From Porticoccaceae bacterium (GTDB lineage: Bacteria; Pseudomonadota; Gammaproteobacteria; Pseudomonadales; Porticoccaceae), in contig JABJEX010000013.1 in NCBI GenBank assembly GCA_018663035.1, forward strand, positions 4,409 to 68,408: DNA of 64,000 nt, read 5' to 3'. Under the pieces are notes generated by a model. The model was not told the DNA's origin and made no database searches. It was given only the letters and a program-made list of their open reading frames with translations. Made by a program: the position numbers and the translations under genes. Shown one piece after another: positions 1 through 10,297 of the stretch (position 1 is the first letter of the stretch; every line of letters begins with the position of its first letter).

Positions 1-987
1 GCGAATCATCATGCCGAACCGCGCTGCATCTCTGGTGGTGCTATTCATGCCTCCAGTCACCGCTGGCATATAGGCGCGATCTACAGCGATAAAACCATCG
101 TGTTCGGCGCCTAGCTTGGACCAGATATGCTGCTGGATATAATCCTGGAAAGGCTGACCGCTTATCCGTGAAATCAACCAGCCCAGCACATCGGCATTGC
201 TTGAGTTGTAGTCGAAGTTATCACCTGGCACGCGCTGGAGATCTGGCTTGATAAAGCGACCAAGAAAATCATGCACACCGTAAATTTCTGCATTTTGCGG
301 CTGCACATCAGCAGCACCGGGCATCCATCCTAGATTCAGTGCGGGAGCATAATAGCGCGCAAAGTCAGAATCCAAATCTGTGTAGGTTTCATGAAAATCT
401 AATGAGGTAGCGTGATCTAACACCTGCTGAATGGTCACTCGTTCAAAGCCACTACCTTTTAGCTCTGGAATATATTTAGCCGGTGAGTCCTGCAAATTAA
501 CCTTTCCCTCTGCCACCAAAATACCGAATGCCGCACTGGCTAGGGACTTACTCATAGAAAACCAAATGTGCTGGGCATGGGCCGAAAAACCATTAAAGTA
601 ATTTTCATAGAGCAGTTCATCAGCCTGCACAACAACCATACCATCGGTATAGTTGTCAGCAAAAACGCTATCGAGGGGGGCCTGCTCGCCATTCAGATCC
701 CCAACCAAAAACTGACCCAGCTCCGGCTTAGTGGGGCCCAGTAATTCGACAATTTTACCCTCTCTGGGAATTACTACTGTACGCAGTGGCGCACCGGCAT
801 TACGAAATGCCCAGCGACTCATCGGATACTCGCGATAGTTCTGCATAGTAACCTGAGACTCGCGGGCAGGCGGAATGCCCAGCATAGGCTCAAGCGCTTC
901 CTTCTCGGGCGCTGAGTTGACAACCTGGCTAACAGCCAAGCAACCTAAAGCAACGATATTGCCGACTATTTTCTGAATGTTTTCCAT
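1..987 (-). CDS. Beta-lactamase-family serine hydrolase (NylB/AmpC-like), truncated at the window edge
   Basis: Not in the ORF track. Hand translation from ATG at 987 gives MENIQKIVGNIVALGCLAVSQVVNSAPEK... with no stop down to base 1. It has SxxK (FSMSKS), a Y-x-S motif (FDYNSSNAD) and a signal-peptide-like N-terminus. Confidence 0.85.
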   Translation of the reverse strand, partial: MENIQKIVGNIVALGCLAVSQVVNSAPEKEALEPMLGIPPARESQVTMQNYREYPMSRWAFRNAGAPLRTVVIPREGKIVELLGPTKPELGQFLVGDLNGEQAPLDSVFADNYTDGMVVVQADELLYENYFNGFSAHAQHIWFSMSKSLASAAFGILVAEGKVNLQDSPAKYIPELKGSGFERVTIQQVLDHATSLDFHETYTDLDSDFARYYAPALNLGWMPGAADVQPQNAEIYGVHDFLGRFIKPDLQRVPGDNFDYNSSNADVLGWLISRISGQPFQDYIQQHIWSKLGAEHDGFIAVDRAYMPAVTGGMNSTTRDAARFGMMIR

Positions 988-1120
988 GTTAATTCCCCCA
1001 GTGCTCGCTAGCATTTAGCTATGGCGATTTTATTAATTTATGGTTTTATTATTTTATTATTAATTTGCCAAACCAAAGCCAAAGCGGTTTTGGTTAGTAT
1101 ACCTGCAAGAACTCTGGGGC

Positions 1121-1168
1121 AAAATAAAGGCCCCTTGCCTACCCTCAGGGGGCGCGCTTGGGGCCTTT
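1121..1168 (-). terminator. Likely intrinsic terminator of secDF
   Basis: 9-bp inverted repeat AAAGGCCCC (1126-1134) / GGGGCCTTT (1160-1168). On the minus strand it is followed by TTTATTTT, just downstream of the secF stop. Confidence 0.5.
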
Positions 1169-1203
1169 AGAAAGAACCATCAACTAACCGAGTAACTAGT
1201 CAC

Positions 1204-2118
1204 CTAAGGCAGATCATCCACCAGCTCGCCCTCAACAGGCTCGAGGAGATCTTCGCGATCTACATTCATGGCTAACATAACAGTGGCTGCCACATAGATA
1301 GATGAATAGGTTCCTATACCCACGCCAACAAGCAGTGCAATAGCAAAATTATGAATAAGCTCACCGCCAATAAAGAATAGCGCCAACAATACCAACAGCG
1401 TAGTTAGAGAGGTGTTAATGGTGCGCCACAGAGTTTGCGAAAGGGATTCATTAATCACCTCCACGGCAGAGGTATTGCGGATTTTGCGGAAATTTTCACG
1501 AATGCGATCAGAGACCACGATGGTGTCGTTGAGAGAATACCCTACCACCGCCAGAATTGCTGCTAGTACGGTAAGATCAAACTCCAGACGCGCTAAGGAG
1601 AACACTCCCAGGGTGATCAACACATCATGCCCCAGCGCCAATACCGCAGCCACAGAAAATTTAAACTGGAAACGAATTGCCACATAGAGCATCACAATCG
1701 CCAAAGCGGTGAGCATACCGAGACCACCATCGTCACGCAGTTCCTCACCGATCTGCGGGCCAACAAAGTCTACCCGACGCAACTCAACTTCTTCGCCATC
1801 AGCCTGTAACACCTGATACACCCGCTCAGCAAGACTCTGATCTGGCTCACCCTGCATACGGATCAGTACATCGGTCTCAGACCCAAAATGCACCACCACA
1901 GGGCTTTCAAACCCAGCCACTTCGAGCTTCTCACGCAACTTGCCTACATCCGCAGGCTGCTTGTAACCGACCTCAATCTGCGTGCCGCCAGAAAAGTCCA
2001 ACCCGAGCACTAGGCCCTGACTGTAAAGAGACCAGGACGACACCAGCAGCATAACCACGGAAAAAACCAGCGCGTATTTGCGAATACCCATAAAGTTGTA
2101 AACTTTTAGTTGAGTCAT
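1204..2118 (-). CDS. secF: Protein translocase subunit SecF
   Basis: LGLDFSGG, VGYSLNDTIVVSDRIREN and RTINTS motifs; directly follows secD. Start taken at MTQLKV (2118) to avoid overlap with secD. Confidence 0.97.
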   Translation of the reverse strand: MTQLKVYNFMGIRKYALVFSVVMLLVSSWSLYSQGLVLGLDFSGGTQIEVGYKQPADVGKLREKLEVAGFESPVVVHFGSETDVLIRMQGEPDQSLAERVYQVLQADGEEVELRRVDFVGPQIGEELRDDGGLGMLTALAIVMLYVAIRFQFKFSVAAVLALGHDVLITLGVFSLARLEFDLTVLAAILAVVGYSLNDTIVVSDRIRENFRKIRNTSAVEVINESLSQTLWRTINTSLTTLLVLLALFFIGGELIHNFAIALLVGVGIGTYSSIYVAATVMLAMNVDREDLLEPVEGELVDDLP

Positions 2119-2128
2119 GATTTTCTCC

Positions 2129-3976
2129 TTAGATCCAAAGCTTTTCGATTCTGCGACCACCCACAACCAGATTTACTAATCCGCGGGTCATCACGATTGA
2201 GGTAAACATCGAGGTTAAGATACCTATGGACAGGGTTACGGCAAAACCTTGAACCGGCCCAGAACCGATAAGAAATAGAATTAACGCCACAATCAGTGTC
2301 GTAATATTGGCATCCAAAATAGACACAAAGGCACGATCATAGCCGGCACTAATGGCACCCTGAGGCGATGCCCCTGCTGCAAGCTCCTCGCGAATACGCG
2401 AGAAAATAAGCACATTGGCATCAACGGCCATTCCCACAGTTAACACAATTCCTGCAATACCGGGCAGGGTAAGAGTGGCGCCAAGTAGCGACATAAATGC
2501 CACAAGTAGAACCAGATTCATTGCTAGAGCGAAATTAGCAACCACACCAAAGCCCTTGTAAATCACCAGCATAAACAACAGAACCAGAAACATACCCAGA
2601 GTAACGGACTTAACACCCAACTCAATATTATCCGCACCCAGTGATGGACCAATGGTGCGCTCTTCGACAATGTACATAGGCGCAGCCAGGGCTCCAGCGC
2701 GCAGTAACAGAGCTAGCTCGGAAGACTCTCTCTGACCGTCCAGACCGGTGATACGGAACGACTTACCGAGCTGAGCCTGCACCGTGGCTAGACTAATAAT
2801 ATTTTTCTCAACAAAGGGAACAGGCGTAATGACCAGCTCACCATCGGCACCCACAGATTTCTCAAGCTTAGTTTTGTACTCGATAAACAATACACCCAGA
2901 CGGCGGCCTATGTTGTCACGAGTAGCATGGCCCATTTGCCAACCACCTTTACTATCCAGCGTAATATTCACCTGAGGACGGCCGTTTTCGTCAAAACTAG
3001 CACGGGCGTCTGTAACGTTTTCACCAGTGATAACCGCTTTGTTTTCTAAGCGTGCATCTGGACCCTGAACTGTAGGATTGCGGAACTCAAAGGTTTCGCC
3101 AGATTTGGATTCAGCTTCGAGACGAAACTCCAAGTTGGCAGTTTTACCAATAATACGTTTCGCCTCAGCAGTATCCTGAACCCCAGGTAGCTCAACTACG
3201 ATGCGGTTTTTGCCCTGCCGAGAAACCAATGGCTCGGAGACACCCAGCTCGTTGACACGATTTCTCAACGAGGTCAGGTTCTGCTTGATGGCGTTGTCTT
3301 CAATTGTACTGGAGGCCTCCTCACTCAGATTTAGCACTAGGGAGAGGGGGTTTTGACTAGGCCCAATCTGCGGCTGAAGATCGCGGTAGTTGGTGCGAAC
3401 CAGCGAGGTAGCCAGGCCGACCTGATCAACATCGCGAAACTGACCAATTATTTGATTGCCCCTTATTTCAAAGGTGCGGTAGCGAATTCTCTCTTCGCGC
3501 AATGCTGCTTTAATATCCTGCAGATCACCCTCGAGTCTGGTCGTCAGCGCAGAATCCAAGTCAACCTCAAGTAAGAAGTGCACACCACCACTTAGATCTA
3601 ATCCAAGTTTCATGGGCGTACCGCCAAGATTACGAAGCCAGTCTGGTGTGGTAGGCGCCAGATTGAGGGCAACAATATAGTCTCCGCCCATATTGGCTTG
3701 AATAACTTCTTTGGCACGCAGCTGCTGATCTATCGCCTGTAGTCGCACAAGTGCGGTCTGACCATCTGCTTCGCCGGCAAAGTGCGCTATGCCAGCCTCA
3801 TCTAGAGAGCCTTCAATTTTATCCAAGACAACCTGATCAATAACCATAGCACCACTCTGGCCAGATAGCTGAATCGCGGGGTCTGGTGGATAGAGATTAG
3901 GCGCCGCGTAAACAAAGCCGAATGTTACGATCAGCAGGATCAGCAGATTTTTCCAAAGGGGAAACTTATTTGGCAT
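2129..3976 (-). CDS. secD: Protein translocase subunit SecD
   Basis: KLGLDLSGGVH, RVNELGVSEP, IVVELPG, GMAVDANVLIFSRIREE and ILDANITT motifs. Confidence 0.98.
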   Translation of the reverse strand: MPNKFPLWKNLLILLIVTFGFVYAAPNLYPPDPAIQLSGQSGAMVIDQVVLDKIEGSLDEAGIAHFAGEADGQTALVRLQAIDQQLRAKEVIQANMGGDYIVALNLAPTTPDWLRNLGGTPMKLGLDLSGGVHFLLEVDLDSALTTRLEGDLQDIKAALREERIRYRTFEIRGNQIIGQFRDVDQVGLATSLVRTNYRDLQPQIGPSQNPLSLVLNLSEEASSTIEDNAIKQNLTSLRNRVNELGVSEPLVSRQGKNRIVVELPGVQDTAEAKRIIGKTANLEFRLEAESKSGETFEFRNPTVQGPDARLENKAVITGENVTDARASFDENGRPQVNITLDSKGGWQMGHATRDNIGRRLGVLFIEYKTKLEKSVGADGELVITPVPFVEKNIISLATVQAQLGKSFRITGLDGQRESSELALLLRAGALAAPMYIVEERTIGPSLGADNIELGVKSVTLGMFLVLLFMLVIYKGFGVVANFALAMNLVLLVAFMSLLGATLTLPGIAGIVLTVGMAVDANVLIFSRIREELAAGASPQGAISAGYDRAFVSILDANITTLIVALILFLIGSGPVQGFAVTLSIGILTSMFTSIVMTRGLVNLVVGGRRIEKLWI

Positions 3977-4000
3977 GACTTGGGTGGTCCTTTATTTCTT

Positions 4001-4013
4001 GGCGCGCATTATA
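4001..4013 (-). promoter_or_regulatory. Candidate -10 element with GC-rich discriminator for secDF
   Basis: The minus strand reads TATAAT-GCGCGCC about 30 nt upstream of the secD ATG. No convincing -35 seen. Confidence 0.4.
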
Positions 4014-4079
4014 GCTGTATTAGAGAATAAATAGGGGCAGATTTAGGGATTTAAACCCCTGGCGATTGTTGTTGCGCTG

Positions 4080-6261
<2,182 letters not shown>

Positions 6262-6378
6262 AGGACAATGTGTTAGGCAAAGTATTAAAGATTTTGGGGT
6301 TAAGGTTAACAACTGGCAAGGGTATAGAAAATATGCCTAAACACCAAACCATTTAATTACAATTGCCATCAAGATCAG

Positions 6379-6414
6379 TTGACCCGCCTATGATCACTGC
6401 TATAATCGCCGCCC
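6379..6414 (+). promoter_or_regulatory. Sigma70 promoter of tRNA-Leu with GC-rich discriminator
   Basis: TTGACC (6379-6384), 16-nt spacer, TATAAT (6401-6406), then CGCCGCCC. This is the architecture typical of stable-RNA promoters. Confidence 0.75.
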
Positions 6415-6436
6415 TGTCAGCGCAAGCTGATAGAAT

Positions 6437-6523
6437 GCCAGTGTGGTGGAATTGGTAGACACAGGGGATTCAAAATCCCCCGCCCTTAAAAGCGTGCCGG
6501 TTCGAGTCCGGCCACTGGTACCA
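6437..6523 (+). tRNA. tRNA-Leu (anticodon CAA)
   Basis: Acceptor stem GCCAGTG/CACTGGT, D-loop GG, anticodon arm GGGGA-TTCAAAA-TCCCC, long variable arm, GGTTCGAGTCC T-arm and encoded CCA; 87 nt. Confidence 0.97.
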
Positions 6524-6533
6524 AGCATACGTT

Positions 6534-6569
6534 AAAGCCTCTGCAATCATTAGACTGCAGGGGCTTTTT
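6534..6569 (+). terminator. Intrinsic terminator after tRNA-Leu
   Basis: AAAGCCTCTGCA...TGCAGGGGCTTT stem (one G-U pair) followed by a T run. Confidence 0.75.
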
Positions 6570-6644
6570 GCTGTTAATGGGCCTACCAATTCGCAGCGTT
6601 TTATAAGCTAGATTTCTGCTCGCAGCGCAATCTGCGCCGATGGT

Positions 6645-7370
6645 CTAGATACGCTTGAAGGATTGAGTCAGCAGTCCTGTATCTGTCAGCGATGTCTGCA
6701 CAAAGCAGTCTTTATTAATGAGTTCGAGTCGCATCGGATAAACTGAACCCTGACGATCTTTTCGGGCGCTTATAGAAATCTCTTCACTCGCATGCCCCGC
6801 CTTGTCGATAGTCCAGGGACCAAATGCAAAGTCTTGCTCGGGCTGGCCGTCTCGGGTGCCATTGCGCAGCCAAATAAAGTGCCCGCCACCAATCATTTTG
6901 GTTTCGGCAACTCCACTGATCTCAACACCGTCTTTACTAGAAGTCTCCAGCTGCCAAAGGCCATCGAAATCACTTCGAGCGGTGGATACAACATGCCAAT
7001 CTTCGACCATATCGACAACACGGCCATCATCGTAGCGAAACCCAAGAATAGTCTGCTCAAAGCCAGTCACTGTCTGTTTGATGGCTACATCAAAACTGAG
7101 GCCGTCCACTGGACCATCATGGTTTACTCTAGGCACTTCAACCATTACGCCTGCGCGCCAGCTGGCCATACCCCCGCCCACATCAATATTGCCGGTCATT
7201 GCGTTATTAAAGGCGTACATAAAGCGGCCGTTGCTATAAATTTTTATTTGGTCGCGCTGCAGCTGACTGACCTGCCCTTTCTCTGTCATCAAAACGCCAG
7301 CAATCAGATAGGCACCATCCGGCAGTGCTTGGCTATTAGAGGCAGCGTATTGTTGGTCACTGGAAGACAT
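6645..7370 (-). CDS. Hypothetical protein with two similar beta-rich (lipocalin-like) halves
   Basis: 241-aa ORF. The halves align loosely: DGAYLI..QIKIYSNGRFMY..GGGMASW versus DGLWQL..ETKMIGGGHFIW..AFGPWTI. Confidence 0.65.
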   Translation of the reverse strand: MSSSDQQYAASNSQALPDGAYLIAGVLMTEKGQVSQLQRDQIKIYSNGRFMYAFNNAMTGNIDVGGGMASWRAGVMVEVPRVNHDGPVDGLSFDVAIKQTVTGFEQTILGFRYDDGRVVDMVEDWHVVSTARSDFDGLWQLETSSKDGVEISGVAETKMIGGGHFIWLRNGTRDGQPEQDFAFGPWTIDKAGHASEEISISARKDRQGSVYPMRLELINKDCFVQTSLTDTGLLTQSFKRI

Positions 7371-7480
7371 AATGGGTCCTGTAAAACTGTGAGTTGCAGA
7401 ACCTTAACGGGACAACAGCACTCTGTATAGAATCGATATGCCGCTTTGACGCACAAAAACCTGGGGTTTATCTCATCCCG

Positions 7481-8857
7481 TTAGATAACACGTCGTGGAT
7501 TGAGGATTCCCTTGGGATCCATGGCCATTTTTAAGGTTTTCATTAGCGCTATTTCGCTGGGGCTACGCGACTGATCGAGAAAGTCTCTCTTTAGGACACC
7601 CACACCATGCTCAGCGGTAATCGCGCCACGGTGTTCGCCAATCATCAGCATAATGTCTCTATTGATATCAGCCTTGTCCTCTTCGCGCCCGGTATAAGCC
7701 ACGACATGTAAGTTGTTGTCACCAATATGGCCAAACAGTAACACAGCCATATTGCTGTACCTGTCTTTAAGACGGGATTCCAAGGCCGCTGAAAACTCCC
7801 CCAGTTCACTAATTGGCAGGCTAATATCCTGATTGGAGACAGGCCCCAACACCTGCAGCAGCTCACCTATGCCATCTCTAATTTGCCAGAACCGCGCTGC
7901 GTCTTGGTGAGACTGAGCAATAAGGGCATCGGTGATCAAACCAGCTTCGATCTGCTCGAATAAAGCCGACTCGAATCGCTCTCTGCCGGCGGTTTCGCTA
8001 CTGTCTTTGTATTCCACCAGAAGATAGAAGGGATGAGCCTGGGTAAAGGGGTTTTGTAACCTGGTATCAACTTCTAACACTTTGTCGTAGTAGTTATCCC
8101 ACATCAACTCGAACCCAGTCAGGCCCGACCCTAAGCTACGCTTTAGTTCAGCCAAAAGTCTGGTAACAGATTCATAGTCTTGTAGCGCACAGAGCGCAGT
8201 GTGCGAGCTCTTCAGTTTAGGCTGAAGCTGGATGACCACTCGAGTAACTATACCCAATGTGCCCTCGGAGCCTATAAACAGGTGTTTAAGGTCATAGCCA
8301 GAATTGTTTTTGACCATTTTGTTCATAGCGTTGATGACAGTACCGTCTGCGAGCACCGCTTCTAGACCAAGCACTAGAGACCTGGTCATACCATAGCGAA
8401 TCACCTCGGTGCCACCGGCATTAGTGGCAACATTGCCACCGATATTACAGCTGCCACGGGCACCCAAATCCAAGGGCATAAACAGATCCTGCTCGGCTGC
8501 CGCTTCTTGAAGCACCTGCAATGCCGTGCCAGCTTGGGCAGTCATAGTCATGGCTGTGGTATCTATCTCTTCGATACCCTGCATACGCTCGAGAGAAATG
8601 GCAACCTCGCCCGGCTGCGGTGTTGCACCGCCAGCAAGACCAGTCAGGCCTCCCTGTATCACAACGGGCTGCTCGTGCTCATGGCATAGCGCCATAATAC
8701 TCGACAGTTGTTCAGTATTTTTAGGTTTTAACAGGGCGGCAGGCTTGCAGGGGTCTGCACCGCTCCAGTCGACAGAGTATTTTTCACTGATCTCGTCGCC
8801 AAGAAACAGTGCAGATTTATCTAGAGTCTGTACAAGGCGATCAATTAAAGTTTGCAT
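7481..8857 (-). CDS. FAD-binding oxidoreductase (D-2-hydroxyglutarate dehydrogenase / GlcD / D-lactate dehydrogenase family)
   Basis: QGGLTGLAGGA FAD motif, GGNVATNAGG, FIGSEGTLGIVT, FGHIGDNNLH, AEHGVG and MDPKGILNP. Confidence 0.9.
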   Translation of the reverse strand: MQTLIDRLVQTLDKSALFLGDEISEKYSVDWSGADPCKPAALLKPKNTEQLSSIMALCHEHEQPVVIQGGLTGLAGGATPQPGEVAISLERMQGIEEIDTTAMTMTAQAGTALQVLQEAAAEQDLFMPLDLGARGSCNIGGNVATNAGGTEVIRYGMTRSLVLGLEAVLADGTVINAMNKMVKNNSGYDLKHLFIGSEGTLGIVTRVVIQLQPKLKSSHTALCALQDYESVTRLLAELKRSLGSGLTGFELMWDNYYDKVLEVDTRLQNPFTQAHPFYLLVEYKDSSETAGRERFESALFEQIEAGLITDALIAQSHQDAARFWQIRDGIGELLQVLGPVSNQDISLPISELGEFSAALESRLKDRYSNMAVLLFGHIGDNNLHVVAYTGREEDKADINRDIMLMIGEHRGAITAEHGVGVLKRDFLDQSRSPSEIALMKTLKMAMDPKGILNPRRVI

Positions 8858-8912
8858 TGCAAAGGAGCTTGTCAGTTAGCTGAGTTCTAGTTTAACTGAC
8901 AACTACAGGCTA

Positions 8913-9980
8913 CTACCACTTGTCATCATAGGTTTGTAGACGATCAAATGACTCGCCAATCAGAACGCCAAGTTCGCGCTCCTCTCCCTCTTTAAGGTGC
9001 ACCGCGGGACGACCATGGGCGAACCTGTAGTTACAGATAATAGCAACATCACCGACTTGCCAGTTTATCGGTATACCGTAGTCATCATAAATCTTCAAAA
9101 ACAGCTGCTTTTCCTCAGCAGTCATTTCAGTGCCATCGCCAAAGGTTAGCTTCAGGGGGCGTTCATCGGCAGGCAGATGCTGAACCAAAGGCCAGGTGTC
9201 AAACCACATAGCGTCGTCGGCAAGACTGGCGTAAAGCAGGTTGCGATCTAACTGCGGGAAATATTCAAATGCAGAGATGTAGTAACGAGTCTTTAATAGA
9301 CGACCCTCTCCCCACTCGGCTTCCAGCCCACGGTTGCGAGCTTCAGCGATTGCTGCATCTGGATCATCAGTCAACATTGACTGCTGCCAGTGGTTGTAGA
9401 CACCAATATTCAAACGATCGACAAAAGATTCTCTATCTGTCAGGTTGCGGTGATAGCACAGCCCCCGTTTTTTTAGCTTCTGACCAAACTCTGTTGCCAT
9501 TAACGCATCAGTCGCCTGACAGTTATCCGAGACAAAGGTGGCTCCACCCTCACTAGGCATTTTATGGGCCATAAAACTGACCATCTTGGTGCTCGACCCT
9601 ATATAGGCCATTTCATGGTGGTAGTGCAGCCAAGCTTCAAGCGGCGCACCCACTTCATAAACATTCTTTTCAATGGGCCGTCTTGGGTTGGCGCCACCTT
9701 CGTACTTACGTTCATTTTTTAGCACCTGAGTTGCGATAAGGCGCATGGACTGAAGGTCATCCAACCCGGTATTGATTACATGCACCAGTCCAACTCTGTC
9801 AAAAGTAGCTTGCATATGTGCGGCTAACTCATCGCTCGGCACCAGCGGTTGACCATCAGTTCTGTAGTCATTGCCATCAACAACAAACAGTTCTGGACTG
9901 ATCGCAGGCGACCCTGTCCACCACTTTGGTTCTGTGATATCTGGCAGTGGAGCAAAATTTTCGGCGCTGTTAGCGGACAT
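8913..9980 (-). CDS. TauD/TfdA-family Fe(II)/2-oxoglutarate dioxygenase (SyrP-like HxE type)
   Basis: HYHHEMAY (H-x-E), GGATFVSD, and W.VGDVAIICNYRFAHGR (distal His plus Arg). Confidence 0.85.
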   Translation of the reverse strand: MSANSAENFAPLPDITEPKWWTGSPAISPELFVVDGNDYRTDGQPLVPSDELAAHMQATFDRVGLVHVINTGLDDLQSMRLIATQVLKNERKYEGGANPRRPIEKNVYEVGAPLEAWLHYHHEMAYIGSSTKMVSFMAHKMPSEGGATFVSDNCQATDALMATEFGQKLKKRGLCYHRNLTDRESFVDRLNIGVYNHWQQSMLTDDPDAAIAEARNRGLEAEWGEGRLLKTRYYISAFEYFPQLDRNLLYASLADDAMWFDTWPLVQHLPADERPLKLTFGDGTEMTAEEKQLFLKIYDDYGIPINWQVGDVAIICNYRFAHGRPAVHLKEGEERELGVLIGESFDRLQTYDDKW

Positions 9981-10297
9981 CTATTACTTCTCGAACGTTT
10001 TAGTTTTAAAAAAAGCTCCGCATTCTATCTGCGAAAACTGGCGCGAACAACACAATAAGGCTGATTTCTTAGATGATTTATATTGGTCGTCATTACTTTA
10101 CGTCACATTAAAAAAAATCGGTTTATTTTCTTTACCAATATTTGTGCATCGCCAGACGCCCACTTATATCCCTCTTATCTCAACGGCAGAGCAATTCGAC
10201 TTTTTTAAGTAGTGCTCTCAACGTTTAAAGAAGAAAATAGGGCGGTTAAATTTCAAAAAATGTCAGTTAACTAATAACTAAAACTTTTGAGGGACCC

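Noticed and set aside
6437-6645. Prophage or integrative element at tRNA-Leu
   Set aside because: No integrase, phage genes or att duplication seen; the tRNA is followed directly by its terminator.
7399-7426. ECF-like promoter GAACCT-N17-TCTGT on the plus strand
   Set aside because: It points antisense to both flanking genes, with no credible plus-strand gene downstream; probably a chance match.
6792-7430. 212-aa plus-strand ORF
   Set aside because: It is antisense to the 241-aa gene, which shows a coherent internal repeat and shares orientation with its neighbours; the plus-strand product has no motif.
9849-10212. Two short plus-strand ORFs upstream of the GH16 gene
   Set aside because: They overlap the dioxygenase start and run through an AT-rich divergent promoter region, with no RBS or protein-like composition.
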